Positions 29,722-39,773 of a DNA stretch of 64,000 nt are shown here, in pieces; the stretch's first letter is position 1; every line of letters starts with the position of its first letter. The stretch covers positions 1 through 64,000 of the forward strand of contig BTVY01000003.1 in the NCBI GenBank assembly GCA_045863335.1, read 5' to 3'. Below the pieces are notes generated by a model, which saw only the letters and a program-made list of their open reading frames with translations, was not told where the DNA came from and searched no databases. Origin of the DNA: Candidatus Hydrogenedentota bacterium (GTDB taxonomy: Bacteria; Hydrogenedentota; Hydrogenedentia; Hydrogenedentales; SLHB01). A program made the translations under genes and the position numbers.

Positions 29722-29893
29722 TGGCTTATCTCGAAGTAGGCTGTTCTCACTATCATAACAAGTGGTTAGGGAACTTATACGTGTAGACTGATAGCTTCAT
29801 CAAGCTGGCTAATCGCATGAGCACCGCGCGCTTTGGGACAGTCCAAACACACGTACGTGGCCGCCGTATCCTAATGTTCGAGACAAGCGCTTC

Positions 29894-30143
29894 CCGTCAC
29901 CCTCGCGAACGCGGGGGCCCAGCTTTCGTGTGTCACGCCGCTTGCACCTGGACATGCATTCCCTCTCCGCCATCGCGAAGGTGACGGGGGATGACGGTGT
30001 GGGTTGGAGTGAAGTCTCGGGATGATCGTCGACGTGATTCGTTGTGTCCAAGATGGGTCCCCGCGTTCGCGAGGATGACGGTGTGGGTAGGTGTGAAGTC
30101 TCGAGATGATCGTCGACGTGATTCGTTGTGCCCAAGATGGGTC
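29894..30143. repeat. CGTC-type REP inverted pair with an overlapping ~71-bp direct duplication
   Basis: ccgtcaccctcgcgaacgcgggggccca vs tgggtccccgcgttcgcgaggatgacgg; direct repeats start at 29989 and 30073. Confidence 0.85.
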
Positions 30144-30189
30144 GCCAGGCGCATTCATAGGGAATTCGGCGTACTCTCCCTTCCCGGCT

Positions 30190-30238
30190 AATCCGCAATC
30201 CGCAGTCCGCAATCCGCAATCCCAGATCCGCAATCCCG
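30190..30238. repeat. (ATCCGCA)n heptamer array, degenerate
   Basis: aatccgcaatccgcagtccgcaatccgcaatcccagatccgcaatccc. Confidence 0.9.
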
Positions 30239-30266
30239 GATCCCCTCTGCTATACTCTGCGGCGGT

Positions 30267-31595
30267 ATGTCGCAGCCCTTGGTACATGTCCTCGTCATTA
30301 ACTGGAACGGGATGGAGCATTTGCAGGAATGCTTCGAGGCCCTGTGCGCGAACGCGTATATGAACGCGCGGTTCGTGTTGGTTGACAATGGGAGTACCGA
30401 CGGCGGTGTGGATTTCGTGCGCCGCTCGTTTGGTCATGACGACCGCGTCGAGATCCTCGAATGCGGCGCGAACCTGGGTTGGTCCGGCGGAAACAATGCC
30501 GGCATGGAGCGTGCCCTGGAGGCCAGGGCGGACTACGTTATCCTTCTGAACAACGATACTGCCGTAGCGCCGGATTTTGTGGATCACCTCGTGGCGTTCG
30601 CGGAGGCTCATCCGGAGGCGGGGGGCGTGGCGCCGAAGATGCTCCTTTTTGACCAGCCGGACATCATCAATTCGCTTGGGGTTGAATGCTCCCTCGTCGG
30701 CGTGGGGTGGGACCTTGGCCTTGGCCGCGTGGACGGACCGGAATGGTCGGAACCGCGGAAGGTCCTGGGGTTGTGTGGAGGCGCGTGTCTGATCCGCAGC
30801 GAGGCCTTGCGGAAGACCGGACTGCTTCCGTCCGATTTCGATATCTATCTCGACGATCTCGATCTGAGTTTGCGCCTGTGGGATGCAGGGTACGAAGTGT
30901 GGTGCTGTCCGGAGGCGACCGTGCGGCACAAGTTCAGCGCAACGATGGGGGAGGGGACGAATCTCCGCAGGAAGTATTATTGCAACACCCGCAACCGGCT
31001 GCGGCTCATTCTGCGGAGCTTTCCCGCGTCATGCGCACGACAGGTCATCCCCGCGTACCTCCGCGCCGAGGTCAAAGCCATCGGCCGCGCACTGCTCGAC
31101 GGCGAATTCTGGCGGGTCGGCGTTCACGTGCGTTCCTGGCTTGCGGGTATCGGTTATGTGCCGAAGGCGCTGGCGGCCCGGCGAGAACACCGTGAGCGCG
31201 GGCTAGCGATTGGCACGTTCTGGCCGATGGTGCGGAAGGATTGCCTGTACTTTCATGGCATCGAACTGCCGGTTGCTGGACGGTACCAGTCACGCGAATT
31301 CGAGGGCCAGACTTTTCGGCCCATGGCGCGCGTCGCGACGCACGAAACCACGGGTGGCACGTTGCGGGTCACGCACGCGAATTGGTATCCTCAGCTTGGC
31401 GACACACACATCGAGGTTTACGCGGGGGATGAGCATCTGGCGACGCTTCAAACGCGCCGAATTGACGCAGCGAAGTTGACCGTTCCCCCAGGAAAGCTGC
31501 GGTTTGTGGCCAAGCACTTATTTCGGTCGGAGGACACCGGCGCCCACGAAGATTTCGGCGGCTGGCTCCGCATCGAGGAAGTGCAGGACAGATAA
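30267..31595 (+). CDS. GT2 glycosyltransferase with C-terminal extension
   Basis: INWNG, VDNGSTDG, LLNND, YLDDLDL. Confidence 0.9.
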   Translation: MSQPLVHVLVINWNGMEHLQECFEALCANAYMNARFVLVDNGSTDGGVDFVRRSFGHDDRVEILECGANLGWSGGNNAGMERALEARADYVILLNNDTAVAPDFVDHLVAFAEAHPEAGGVAPKMLLFDQPDIINSLGVECSLVGVGWDLGLGRVDGPEWSEPRKVLGLCGGACLIRSEALRKTGLLPSDFDIYLDDLDLSLRLWDAGYEVWCCPEATVRHKFSATMGEGTNLRRKYYCNTRNRLRLILRSFPASCARQVIPAYLRAEVKAIGRALLDGEFWRVGVHVRSWLAGIGYVPKALAARREHRERGLAIGTFWPMVRKDCLYFHGIELPVAGRYQSREFEGQTFRPMARVATHETTGGTLRVTHANWYPQLGDTHIEVYAGDEHLATLQTRRIDAAKLTVPPGKLRFVAKHLFRSEDTGAHEDFGGWLRIEEVQDR

Positions 31596-31636
31596 GCGCT
31601 CGCCTGGACATGCGATGTTGACTGCGGAATTTCAGA

Positions 31637-31798
31637 GAACATCCCCCTTGAATCCCCCTTCAAAGGGGGAATGGGTAAGGCGTTGTCTTCCTGTTGGGCG
31701 CGAGTCGATGGATTCTGTCTGGGTCTAGAGCTTGCACTTTTGCAACGCATAGCGTTGCGCAAGATTCCCCCTTTGAAGGGGGATCGAGGGGGATGTTC
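31637..31798. repeat. Inverted pair of CCCCCTTCAAAGGGGG REPs (MITE-like)
   Basis: Left copy 31637-31672, right copy 31764-31798. Confidence 0.85.
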
Positions 31799-31823
31799 CC
31801 CTCTGAACTTGACGGGTTATATC

Positions 31824-32690
31824 GTGGTTGGACTAGATTTAGCGGAATATCTCAGCACACGCAAGGCTCTGGTTGAACAGGCGCTGGAAGCGCGTCTGCC
31901 GTCAGCGGACCGAGAGCCCAAGGGCGTGCACGAAGCCATGCGCTATGCCACCTTGGACGGCGGGAAGCGCTTGCGACCCATCGTGGCCCTTGCCGTTGCG
32001 GATATTGCCGGGACCGCGCCGGAGAACGTCCTCGATGCGGCGTGCGCGGTTGAGTTTGTGCACACGGCATCGCTCATCCTCGACGATTTACCGGCCATGG
32101 ACGATGCCCCCGACCGGCGCGGCAAGCCCTGCACGCACCATGACTACGGCGAGGCGACCGCGATCCTTGCGGCTTTCGGGCTGATATCGAGTGCCTTTCA
32201 CCTGGTCACCCGCAACGCGGAGTGTCTGCACGGCACCGAAGCGACTGCCGACGTGGTTCGGGTGCTTTCCGAAGTGCTCGGCACCGAAGGCATCATTCAT
32301 GGGCAACACATCGACCTGAACCTCGCGGATCTCAATCCGAGCCTGGAAGAACTGGAACAGATCTACATTCAGAAGGCATCCGCCTTGTTTCTGGCGTCTA
32401 TTGCGATACCGGGGCGGCTGGCCGGACTCTCTCCTGAAGACGTCCGGCGTCTGGAACAATACGCCCTGAGTCTGGGGCTGGCGTTCCAGATTACCGACGA
32501 TCTCATCGATGCCGGAGCGCCGGACGAGAATGCGGCGAAGGCCACCTTCTCCACCCATCTGGGCGTGGAAGGCGCCAAGGCCAAGGCGCGCGGCCTGATC
32601 GAGGAAGCCATCGGTCATCTCTCCACCTTCGACGAACGCGCGGAGCCTCTCCGCATGTTGGCGGCATATGTCGGCACGCGGACAGTCTGA
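31824..32690 (+). CDS. ispA: Polyprenyl (farnesyl/geranylgeranyl) diphosphate synthase; start approximate
   Basis: GGKRLRP, DDLPAMDD..RRGKP, FQITDDLID. Confidence 0.85.
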   Translation: MVGLDLAEYLSTRKALVEQALEARLPSADREPKGVHEAMRYATLDGGKRLRPIVALAVADIAGTAPENVLDAACAVEFVHTASLILDDLPAMDDAPDRRGKPCTHHDYGEATAILAAFGLISSAFHLVTRNAECLHGTEATADVVRVLSEVLGTEGIIHGQHIDLNLADLNPSLEELEQIYIQKASALFLASIAIPGRLAGLSPEDVRRLEQYALSLGLAFQITDDLIDAGAPDENAAKATFSTHLGVEGAKAKARGLIEEAIGHLSTFDERAEPLRMLAAYVGTRTV

Positions 32691-34968
32691 GGCGTTCGGC
32701 ATATACCTCCGGGTGGCCGGCGCGATTGCCTTCATCATTCTTGCCGGAATCGCCGGGCTTTGGCTCGGGGGGCGCGATGGCCAGGTCAGCGAGGATCAAG
32801 CCCACGCACCGGAAGGAACGAAGCAGCCCGACACCGTGGCCCAACCTGATAAGCCGCCCGCGCCGCCGCCGCCCCTGTATTTGTACACGAGCATCCAGCC
32901 CGGCGCCGATCTCGAAGCGGTCGTAGGCGAGGTAACAATGGCCGCCAAGGCGGGCATCCACGACTACGTGTTCCGCGTGGCGTTGCCCTGGCCGGAACAG
33001 GGTCCGACCGTATCGGAAACGCTCTATCCCCTGGACCGCATCGAGGAAGCCGATCCGAGCGCCAACATTCTGCTCGCGATTTCGCTTAATCCCCCCGACG
33101 CGTGGTTGGCGGCACATCCCGAGGCGGCTTCCTCGGAAGGCGTCTTCCCCAGCGTGACATCCGAGCGATGGCTGGAAGCTGGCCGACAGGCCCTGTCAGA
33201 GTTGCTGCAGGGGCTTGAAGACTCCGCGCGCGGCGACAACGTCGTTGGACTCATCATCGGCGCATTGGAGGAGGACCGCTGGCGGCATCCCAAGGAATAC
33301 GATCGCTCAGAGACGAACCGTACGGGGTTTCGTTCCTGGTTACGGACCCAATACCCCGATGGGATTGCTCTTGCTGAAGCCTGGGGCGATCCCGCCGCGG
33401 CCTTTGAGTCCGTGGAGATTCCTCCACAACCCGACACCCAGGACCGTAGCAACGTCTTTTTCAATGCGCCGGATGAGCAGATGCACATGGACTACCTCCG
33501 CTACGTTTCCGAGAGCACGGCGGACGCGCTCTCGACTTTTTCCGCTCACGTCCACCAAGGCGGCGACCGGATTTTCAAAGTCCTCGTGCCCTATGGCTAC
33601 TCCTTCGAATATCTTTCGAATGCCAGCGGCCATTGCGCCCTGGCTCTTCTGTTAGACGGCGTGATCGACGGATTCGTGAGTCCCGTCTCCTATGTGAATC
33701 GCGCGTTGGGGGGCGCGGGCGGTTTTATGGGCCCGGTCGACAGCGTCAACCTTCACGGGAAACAATGGTTCATTGTGGATGACACACGAACCGGGATTTC
33801 GAGAAACGCCACGACCGGCGAATTTGAGCGTATCGAAGGGCTTCGGGTAGAAGATGTGCTTAACGTACAGCGAAGGAACTTCGCCGGGGCGCTCGCGCAC
33901 GGCCTCGGACTCTTCTGGGCCGATCCCGATGGTGTCGGGGCATTGCACGAACCTCGTATGTGGGAGTCTTTCGGTCGTATGCGGTCCGCTTATCAGACCA
34001 TCTGGTCTGCCGAGAATCTGTCTCAGGGACCAGGCTTTGCGAGGTACCCTACGCCGGAACAACGTGTGGGATTGACAGTGGTCGTGGATGAGCCCAGCCG
34101 ATTTCACCAGCGCTGCGACGAGCCGTTGAATACGCTTTTGCTTACAGATATCCGCGATGCCGCGCTCAGCGCCGGTGTACCCGTTCAATTCTGCTTATTG
34201 CAGGACGTGTTGGACGGACGCGCGGCACCTTCTCTTGTGTATGTTTTTAATAACTCATTTCATCTGCATGAAGAGGATCGAACAACATTACAGAATATGC
34301 TGATAGAACAGAATGCCGCAGCAATTTGGATGTACGCTTCTGGTTACATTAGCGGTGATGCATCCGCGGAAAACATCAGCAAGACAACCGGGCATACTGT
34401 GCGGGCTTTCGAGGGAGAAGCTACGGCGGGATCGACTTTCCAGCTTGACGGGGGAAAGTGGCTGGCCAAGGGCGAAGCCATCAGCCCCTCGGAGACGTGG
34501 TCCCCTCTTTTTTACATCGAAACAGACGAGAGCAAGGCAATCGCGAGGTATCGGGAATCGGAGAGGACGAGCGTGGCGGTGGAGTTTTTCGAGGAAGGTT
34601 GGGCGTCCATTTACGTTGCCGAGCCGACTCTCTCGGCCGACCTTCTCCGGGAGATTCTGAGCATTCTTGAAGAGCACGTGTTCGTCCGTCCCGAGTCGGG
34701 CGGGGCGGATGTGCTGCACTTCGGACCCGCGTTCTTCGCCATCCATGCGGGCGCCAATGGAGAACGCGAGATTGACCTCGGCGACCACTACGATGTTCAG
34801 GACATGTTGGACCCGAACGTGGGGTGGCTGGACAAGCGTCAGTTGACGATACCCATGAAGACCGGCGACACGCACGTTCTTCACGTGTCACCGCCGGCCC
34901 ACGACGCCACGCCGGACGATTCGGAGGAGGCGCCGGGGGCTTCCGGGGAGGGGGGTGCGCAATCATGA
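32668..34968 (+). CDS. Membrane-anchored GH42/beta-galactosidase-like protein
   Basis: N-terminal TM, Pro-rich linker, FRSWLRTQY...AW, SPVSY, LHGK...DDTRT. Confidence 0.6.
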   Translation: MSARGQSEAFGIYLRVAGAIAFIILAGIAGLWLGGRDGQVSEDQAHAPEGTKQPDTVAQPDKPPAPPPPLYLYTSIQPGADLEAVVGEVTMAAKAGIHDYVFRVALPWPEQGPTVSETLYPLDRIEEADPSANILLAISLNPPDAWLAAHPEAASSEGVFPSVTSERWLEAGRQALSELLQGLEDSARGDNVVGLIIGALEEDRWRHPKEYDRSETNRTGFRSWLRTQYPDGIALAEAWGDPAAAFESVEIPPQPDTQDRSNVFFNAPDEQMHMDYLRYVSESTADALSTFSAHVHQGGDRIFKVLVPYGYSFEYLSNASGHCALALLLDGVIDGFVSPVSYVNRALGGAGGFMGPVDSVNLHGKQWFIVDDTRTGISRNATTGEFERIEGLRVEDVLNVQRRNFAGALAHGLGLFWADPDGVGALHEPRMWESFGRMRSAYQTIWSAENLSQGPGFARYPTPEQRVGLTVVVDEPSRFHQRCDEPLNTLLLTDIRDAALSAGVPVQFCLLQDVLDGRAAPSLVYVFNNSFHLHEEDRTTLQNMLIEQNAAAIWMYASGYISGDASAENISKTTGHTVRAFEGEATAGSTFQLDGGKWLAKGEAISPSETWSPLFYIETDESKAIARYRESERTSVAVEFFEEGWASIYVAEPTLSADLLREILSILEEHVFVRPESGGADVLHFGPAFFAIHAGANGEREIDLGDHYDVQDMLDPNVGWLDKRQLTIPMKTGDTHVLHVSPPAHDATPDDSEEAPGASGEGGAQS

Positions 34969-36491
34969 ACGAGGTACTGCTCGGCATCGATGTGGGGGCC
35001 ACGGGAATCAAGGCCGGTATGTTCTCCCCCGAGGGGAAACTGCTCGCGGTGGCCGGGCGGCGCAACGGTCCGGTGCAGGACCCATTGGGGGAGCCGGGTT
35101 GGATGATCTGGGACCCCGAGGACATCTGGGGAAAGGTCTGCGACTGCGTGCGGGAGTGCCTGAAAACGGTGGGGGATGCGGCCCGCGTCAAGGCGGTCGC
35201 CTGCACAGGATTCGGCACGGATGGCGTCCCGCTGGATGCCGCCGGGAAGTGCCTGTACCCCTTCGTGAGTTGGCATTGTGGACGTACCGTGCCGCAGCAA
35301 CTCGAGATGGATCGGCGTGTTGGGAACGCCGAGATTTTCCAGATCACCGGCTACCATAATTACCACATCAACACTGCAAACCGTTTGCTCTGGTTCCGGC
35401 AGAACCATCCTGAGATTCTGAAGAAGACGCACCGCTGGCTCCAGGTTCAGGACTACGTCGCGTTTCGGCTTTCCGGGGAGTTCACAACCGAGTGCACCAT
35501 TGCTTCCACCACGATGATGCTCGACATGGGCGCGCGAACGTGGTCGCCGAAGATGTTGGAGGCCGCCGAAGTCGACCCGGCAATCCTGCCGCCGACGAGT
35601 GAGGCGGGGACGCAAATCGGCGCGGTCACGGCGAAAGCGGCAGCGGAAACCGGGCTCATCGCGGGAACCCCGGTGGTGACCGGTGGACACGACTGCGAGA
35701 TCGCCGTGCTCGGCGCGGGCGTCGCGCAAGACGATATCTGGATCGACATCACCGGGACGTGGGAGATTCTCATCGCGACCGTCAACGCCTTCCGGCCTAC
35801 CCCCGAACATTTCGCGAACGGCCTCGATTTCGAGTGCCACGCGCTACCGGGGCAGTGGATTTGCCAGAGCTTGATGATCGCGGGCGCGGTTACCGAATGG
35901 GTCCGGAACAACTTCTATCGGGATGTCGCCGAAGAAGATGTGTACGGCATCATGTTTCACGAGGCCGAGACTCCGGCGCACGGCGTTTACATGCTCCCCG
36001 CCTTCATGCGGGGCATGGGGCCCGACGCCAGCCGCCACGCCCTCGGCACGATCCTGGGTCTGCAAACCATGACGACCCGCGGGCAAGTCGTGCGCGCCGC
36101 GCTCGAAGGATTGTGCTTTCAGCTCAAGCGGCAGATCGGCGCCATCGGTGACGCCGTTGGCGGCAAACCTTCCCGTCTTCGGGTGGTCGGCGGCGGCCAG
36201 AAGAATCCGTTGTGGCTCCAACTCAAAGCGGACATAACGGGACTCCCGGTCGAAATCACGACCAATCCCGAAGTGACCCTCCTCGGCGTGTCCATCCTCG
36301 CCGGTCTCGGCGCCGGACTCTACTCGAACATTCAGGATGCTGTAGGCCGCGTTCAATTCACGACCGAAGACTTCGCATCAAGTGAAACCATCCACGAAGC
36401 TTACGAGGCCCGATACCAACAAGTATATAGTTGTCTGGCCCGTTCGCTCGAACCTCCCTACTACGCAATTGACGCGGAGCTTCGTGGGTAA
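34965..36491 (+). CDS. FGGY carbohydrate kinase
   Basis: LGIDVGATG, GGHD, TGTWE, RAALEG, VGGG. Confidence 0.9.
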   Translation: MNEVLLGIDVGATGIKAGMFSPEGKLLAVAGRRNGPVQDPLGEPGWMIWDPEDIWGKVCDCVRECLKTVGDAARVKAVACTGFGTDGVPLDAAGKCLYPFVSWHCGRTVPQQLEMDRRVGNAEIFQITGYHNYHINTANRLLWFRQNHPEILKKTHRWLQVQDYVAFRLSGEFTTECTIASTTMMLDMGARTWSPKMLEAAEVDPAILPPTSEAGTQIGAVTAKAAAETGLIAGTPVVTGGHDCEIAVLGAGVAQDDIWIDITGTWEILIATVNAFRPTPEHFANGLDFECHALPGQWICQSLMIAGAVTEWVRNNFYRDVAEEDVYGIMFHEAETPAHGVYMLPAFMRGMGPDASRHALGTILGLQTMTTRGQVVRAALEGLCFQLKRQIGAIGDAVGGKPSRLRVVGGGQKNPLWLQLKADITGLPVEITTNPEVTLLGVSILAGLGAGLYSNIQDAVGRVQFTTEDFASSETIHEAYEARYQQVYSCLARSLEPPYYAIDAELRG

Positions 36492-36559
36492 ATTGGTCCA
36501 TCCCCGCGACCAATTCAGTCGGGGTGTCTCCAACTATCGCATCGTCGGGCGAAAAGGGT

Positions 36560-37066
36560 TCAGTACTGAATGGGTAAGGTGAGTTGACGAAGTCGCTCCA
36601 CGGCAAGGGTAAATTGCCCATTGTCTTCAATGGCACGTCTCGGTATGTAATTACTTTGATTATTACTTATGCAGCACAGTATGCCTTGCCGACCATCGAG
36701 CACCTTATGCAGATGTCGAATAGTACTCGTTCCGATGACGGATTCTGTGTGAAGCTCGTCTGGTTCGATGCGCACCCGAATCACCGCGCCCTTGTAAGTG
36801 GCGCGCCGGTACGATGTGTGGACTTGGATCCGCAACACGATGTATGGAAGCGAAAGAATAAAAATCACGCCTATAATTGCAAGAATGGCCGCTTCAAAGT
36901 CTCCCACTGACAGTTCAATGATCATTAACCCAACCAGCAACAGCGCCACTAGGCGCGGTAGCCAACGGATTGCCCGCCTCGACTGAAACAACTTTGCCGC
37001 TGCCAGATAGTCACGTCTCGTAAGCGTGAACTCTGCTTCGATTGCATCGCCGGTTTCTGACAACAT
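36560..37066 (-). CDS. YcxB-like membrane protein
   Basis: Two TMs, C-terminal YIPRRA; AT-richer than flanks. Confidence 0.65.
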   Translation of the reverse strand: MLSETGDAIEAEFTLTRRDYLAAAKLFQSRRAIRWLPRLVALLLVGLMIIELSVGDFEAAILAIIGVIFILSLPYIVLRIQVHTSYRRATYKGAVIRVRIEPDELHTESVIGTSTIRHLHKVLDGRQGILCCISNNQSNYIPRRAIEDNGQFTLAVERLRQLTLPIQY

Positions 37067-37251
37067 ACGATTGCGCTCATTGTTGAATTTGACTTGATCA
37101 ATGGTACTTCAAACTAAATCGCGAATTGAAGCTTCAAAAGCCTCAGGCTCTGGTAATTACGAGATTTTCATTCTTGGTGCATCCGTTGTACTCTTTGGGG
37201 AGGATTTGGCGCTTCCGGAATAGCGAAACGGTTTGAGGCCGAGGAACAGAC

Positions 37252-37578
37252 ATGGATGAAAAGCTCCTTCAATCGATGACCGATAGTATGGTAGATGAGG
37301 TGCATCCCGAAGAGATTATTCTGTTTGGTTCTCACGCAAAAGGGGAGGGACGCGCGGAATCGGACCTTGATTTCCTGGTGATCATGCCAGATTCGGAGGA
37401 GGCGCGCCGGGGCCGGCGTAGGGTTACTGCGCGGCTATACAGGCGTCTGGCTTCCATTCCGGTACCGATCGACATCCTCGTCTATACGCGAGGCGAAATG
37501 GAACGTTGGCGTAATGTGCAGGGGCATGTCGTTGCGACTGGCCTGAATGAGGGAAGGCGCCTGTATGTCCGGCCATGA
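37252..37578 (+). CDS. Minimal nucleotidyltransferase (MNT) antitoxin
   Basis: IILFGSHAKG...SDLDFLVI. Confidence 0.9.
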   Translation: MDEKLLQSMTDSMVDEVHPEEIILFGSHAKGEGRAESDLDFLVIMPDSEEARRGRRRVTARLYRRLASIPVPIDILVYTRGEMERWRNVQGHVVATGLNEGRRLYVRP

Positions 37579-37954
37579 CTTTCGCCGGGAACTCCTCAAT
37601 ACCGCAAAAAGCGATCTGAAGGCGCTTTCCAATATGCTTGATCCCGATGCCTTCGACGACCGCGTGTTCGGGTTTCACGCGCAACAGGCGGTTGAAAAGG
37701 CGCTCAAAGTATGGCTGAACTACCTGCAGGGGACGCATCCGTTCACGCACGACCTCAGGCTTCTGCTTCACGCTTTGGAAAAGCTCGGCGCCGACGTTGA
37801 GTCCTACTGGGATTTTCTTGACTTGAGTGGCTATGCCGTGCAGTTCCGATATGAGACTTTGCTGGAGGACGAAGAGCCGCTTAACAGGTATGCTCTCGTG
37901 AAAGACATCCAGGCACTGGTCGAGCGCGTGGAAAAATTGGTACTGCAGCCTTGA
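37565..37954 (+). CDS. HEPN domain protein
   Basis: FHAQQAVEKALK, THDL, RY; overlaps the MNT gene. Confidence 0.9.
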   Translation: MSGHDFRRELLNTAKSDLKALSNMLDPDAFDDRVFGFHAQQAVEKALKVWLNYLQGTHPFTHDLRLLLHALEKLGADVESYWDFLDLSGYAVQFRYETLLEDEEPLNRYALVKDIQALVERVEKLVLQP

Positions 37955-38012
37955 GCAGAAGGCTGCGTTCCGGTACCTTGCTCAAACCGGTGCGCATGGG
38001 AATGAAGGTGCT

Positions 38013-39725
38013 TCATGGTTCCATGGCACTGATCATTCCCGCCAGTCTTCGGCGTAGCGCCTCGATTTGAGCCGGATCCTGATTCCACGTACCCCAGGTA
38101 GCGACGGCTTCGCCAACGATGGCTTCTGCTTCGGCGCTCTGTCCGCGGGCGTCCAGTATCGCGAAGTACTCGTAGTCTTCCATGCCGTCGCGGAGGTTCT
38201 TGAGGCGAATGGAGGCGATGGGACCTTCGATGCCGGCGTCGTTGCCGGGGTAGAAGAGGGCGCCTTCACCGTTCCAGCGGATACGGAAGCCGGGATCGTC
38301 CCACGGATTGCGTTCCGGGCTGCCCCAGTACACGCTGGACCAATACAAGAGCCCCGTGATGCCGTATCGCCGGTTGAGCCAGGGGGCGATGCGGTAACTC
38401 AGCACGGGAAAGTCCAACTCCCAGAACGGTGGCAATTCGTTCTTGACCGTCTCGTAGTTGGGGTGGTAGGGCGGCGCGGTTTGCACGAGTGCGGTGTAAC
38501 TCCACACCTCGTCGCCTTGCGCGATGACCCGATCCACGCTGCCTTCATCGACGAAGCCGAATAGTGGGCACCAGATGTCGATGGACCCGTCAAGGGTACC
38601 CCATTCGGGGTCCTGGGTGTAGGGTTGCTCGACGACCAGGCGCCGGATCTTCGGTTCCGCCTCGGCGACGACGGCGCCGAGCTGCCGTACCCGTTCGTAA
38701 GCCTCGGGATCATTGGGCTCGTCGAGCATGTAGAGGTAGGAGCGGTCGGCCCATCCTTTGGAGGCGAGGTAGGCGTACCAGGACCGGTAGAAGTTGAGGG
38801 CCTTTCCTTTATTCTCTCCCGTGATGTCGCCGAAGGGTGCGCGGGGGATATCGATGTTGGTCACGTGAAACCGGTTCACGAAGGCCACAATTGCTTCGTC
38901 GACATGCGGCGGGAAGGTGACCGTGCCATCCTCGCCAACCTCCGGATGCAATGCGGACGGGAGCGGGGGATTGAGCCGGTGATGGGCCATCATCTCAGCG
39001 TATCGTTCCTCAATCTGCGCGAAAGCCTCCGACGTTGAATCCAATCCCAGGTATCCGGCGACGCCGCCGAAACCCCCGAAATGGTTCTCATGGGTCGGCC
39101 CGGCGGGAAGCGCGAAGTCCCAGACTTCGAGATGAACCGGGACTTCAGCGACCGCGTCGCCCGCGCGCAACGTTATCGTTGATGTATACGGCCCCGGTGT
39201 GGCATCTGCGGGTACCCAAACATCTATCCACAAAGGTTGATGCTGGTCTTCCCAAACTTCAAAACCCGCCGCGCCGAATCGCGGACCAATCCGCTCCGAC
39301 CCATCCCAGTGGGGCACAGAAATTGGTTCACCGGAATACGGATTGACGAAGGGAACCAATGCGTCCGCCACGAGACCCGGCGCTTCCGTGGCGCGCGGCG
39401 CGGAATGGCGCACGGGGATGAATACCTCCCGATACAGATGGACCTGAATCTTCTCGTCCACCATTCCGTTCGCGTCGAGTATCGGCCCGGCCTCGGCGTT
39501 CATCTTGCTGAGATTGCCATCCCGCGCGGTCACGACAACTTGGAAGGACTCGTATTCACCACGGGCTGCAGCAATGGCCGCGGATTTTTCTCCAGCGATC
39601 GGTCCTTCCTGGCGAATCCGCACCCCCGGTGAAACCACGGCGACCTCGATACTCGCCGCGGTTGCGGTGCCACAAAGTGCGATTACAGTCAGAAGTTGGC
39701 ACAAACGATTCCCACACATCTTCAT
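38013..39725 (-). CDS. Exported DUF4091/GH123-like glycoside hydrolase
   Basis: ARGEYESFQ, LDEP, GLLYW, SIRLKNLRDGMEDYEY. Confidence 0.8.
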   Translation of the reverse strand: MKMCGNRLCQLLTVIALCGTATAASIEVAVVSPGVRIRQEGPIAGEKSAAIAAARGEYESFQVVVTARDGNLSKMNAEAGPILDANGMVDEKIQVHLYREVFIPVRHSAPRATEAPGLVADALVPFVNPYSGEPISVPHWDGSERIGPRFGAAGFEVWEDQHQPLWIDVWVPADATPGPYTSTITLRAGDAVAEVPVHLEVWDFALPAGPTHENHFGGFGGVAGYLGLDSTSEAFAQIEERYAEMMAHHRLNPPLPSALHPEVGEDGTVTFPPHVDEAIVAFVNRFHVTNIDIPRAPFGDITGENKGKALNFYRSWYAYLASKGWADRSYLYMLDEPNDPEAYERVRQLGAVVAEAEPKIRRLVVEQPYTQDPEWGTLDGSIDIWCPLFGFVDEGSVDRVIAQGDEVWSYTALVQTAPPYHPNYETVKNELPPFWELDFPVLSYRIAPWLNRRYGITGLLYWSSVYWGSPERNPWDDPGFRIRWNGEGALFYPGNDAGIEGPIASIRLKNLRDGMEDYEYFAILDARGQSAEAEAIVGEAVATWGTWNQDPAQIEALRRRLAGMISAMEP

Positions 39726-39773
39726 GGAGAGTCCTCCCCGTAGCTGCGGCTTCCGGCCGCACCCGTTAGGCAG

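Noticed and set aside
29809-30219. ORFs across the repeat block, or a CRISPR array
   Set aside because: Only two long direct copies; the peptides are repeat translations
31671-31823. N-terminal extension of ispA
   Set aside because: Runs through the MITE-like element
26672-37954. Defence island or prophage around the TA pairs
   Set aside because: The pairs are 10 kb apart among metabolic genes; no integrase or phage genes
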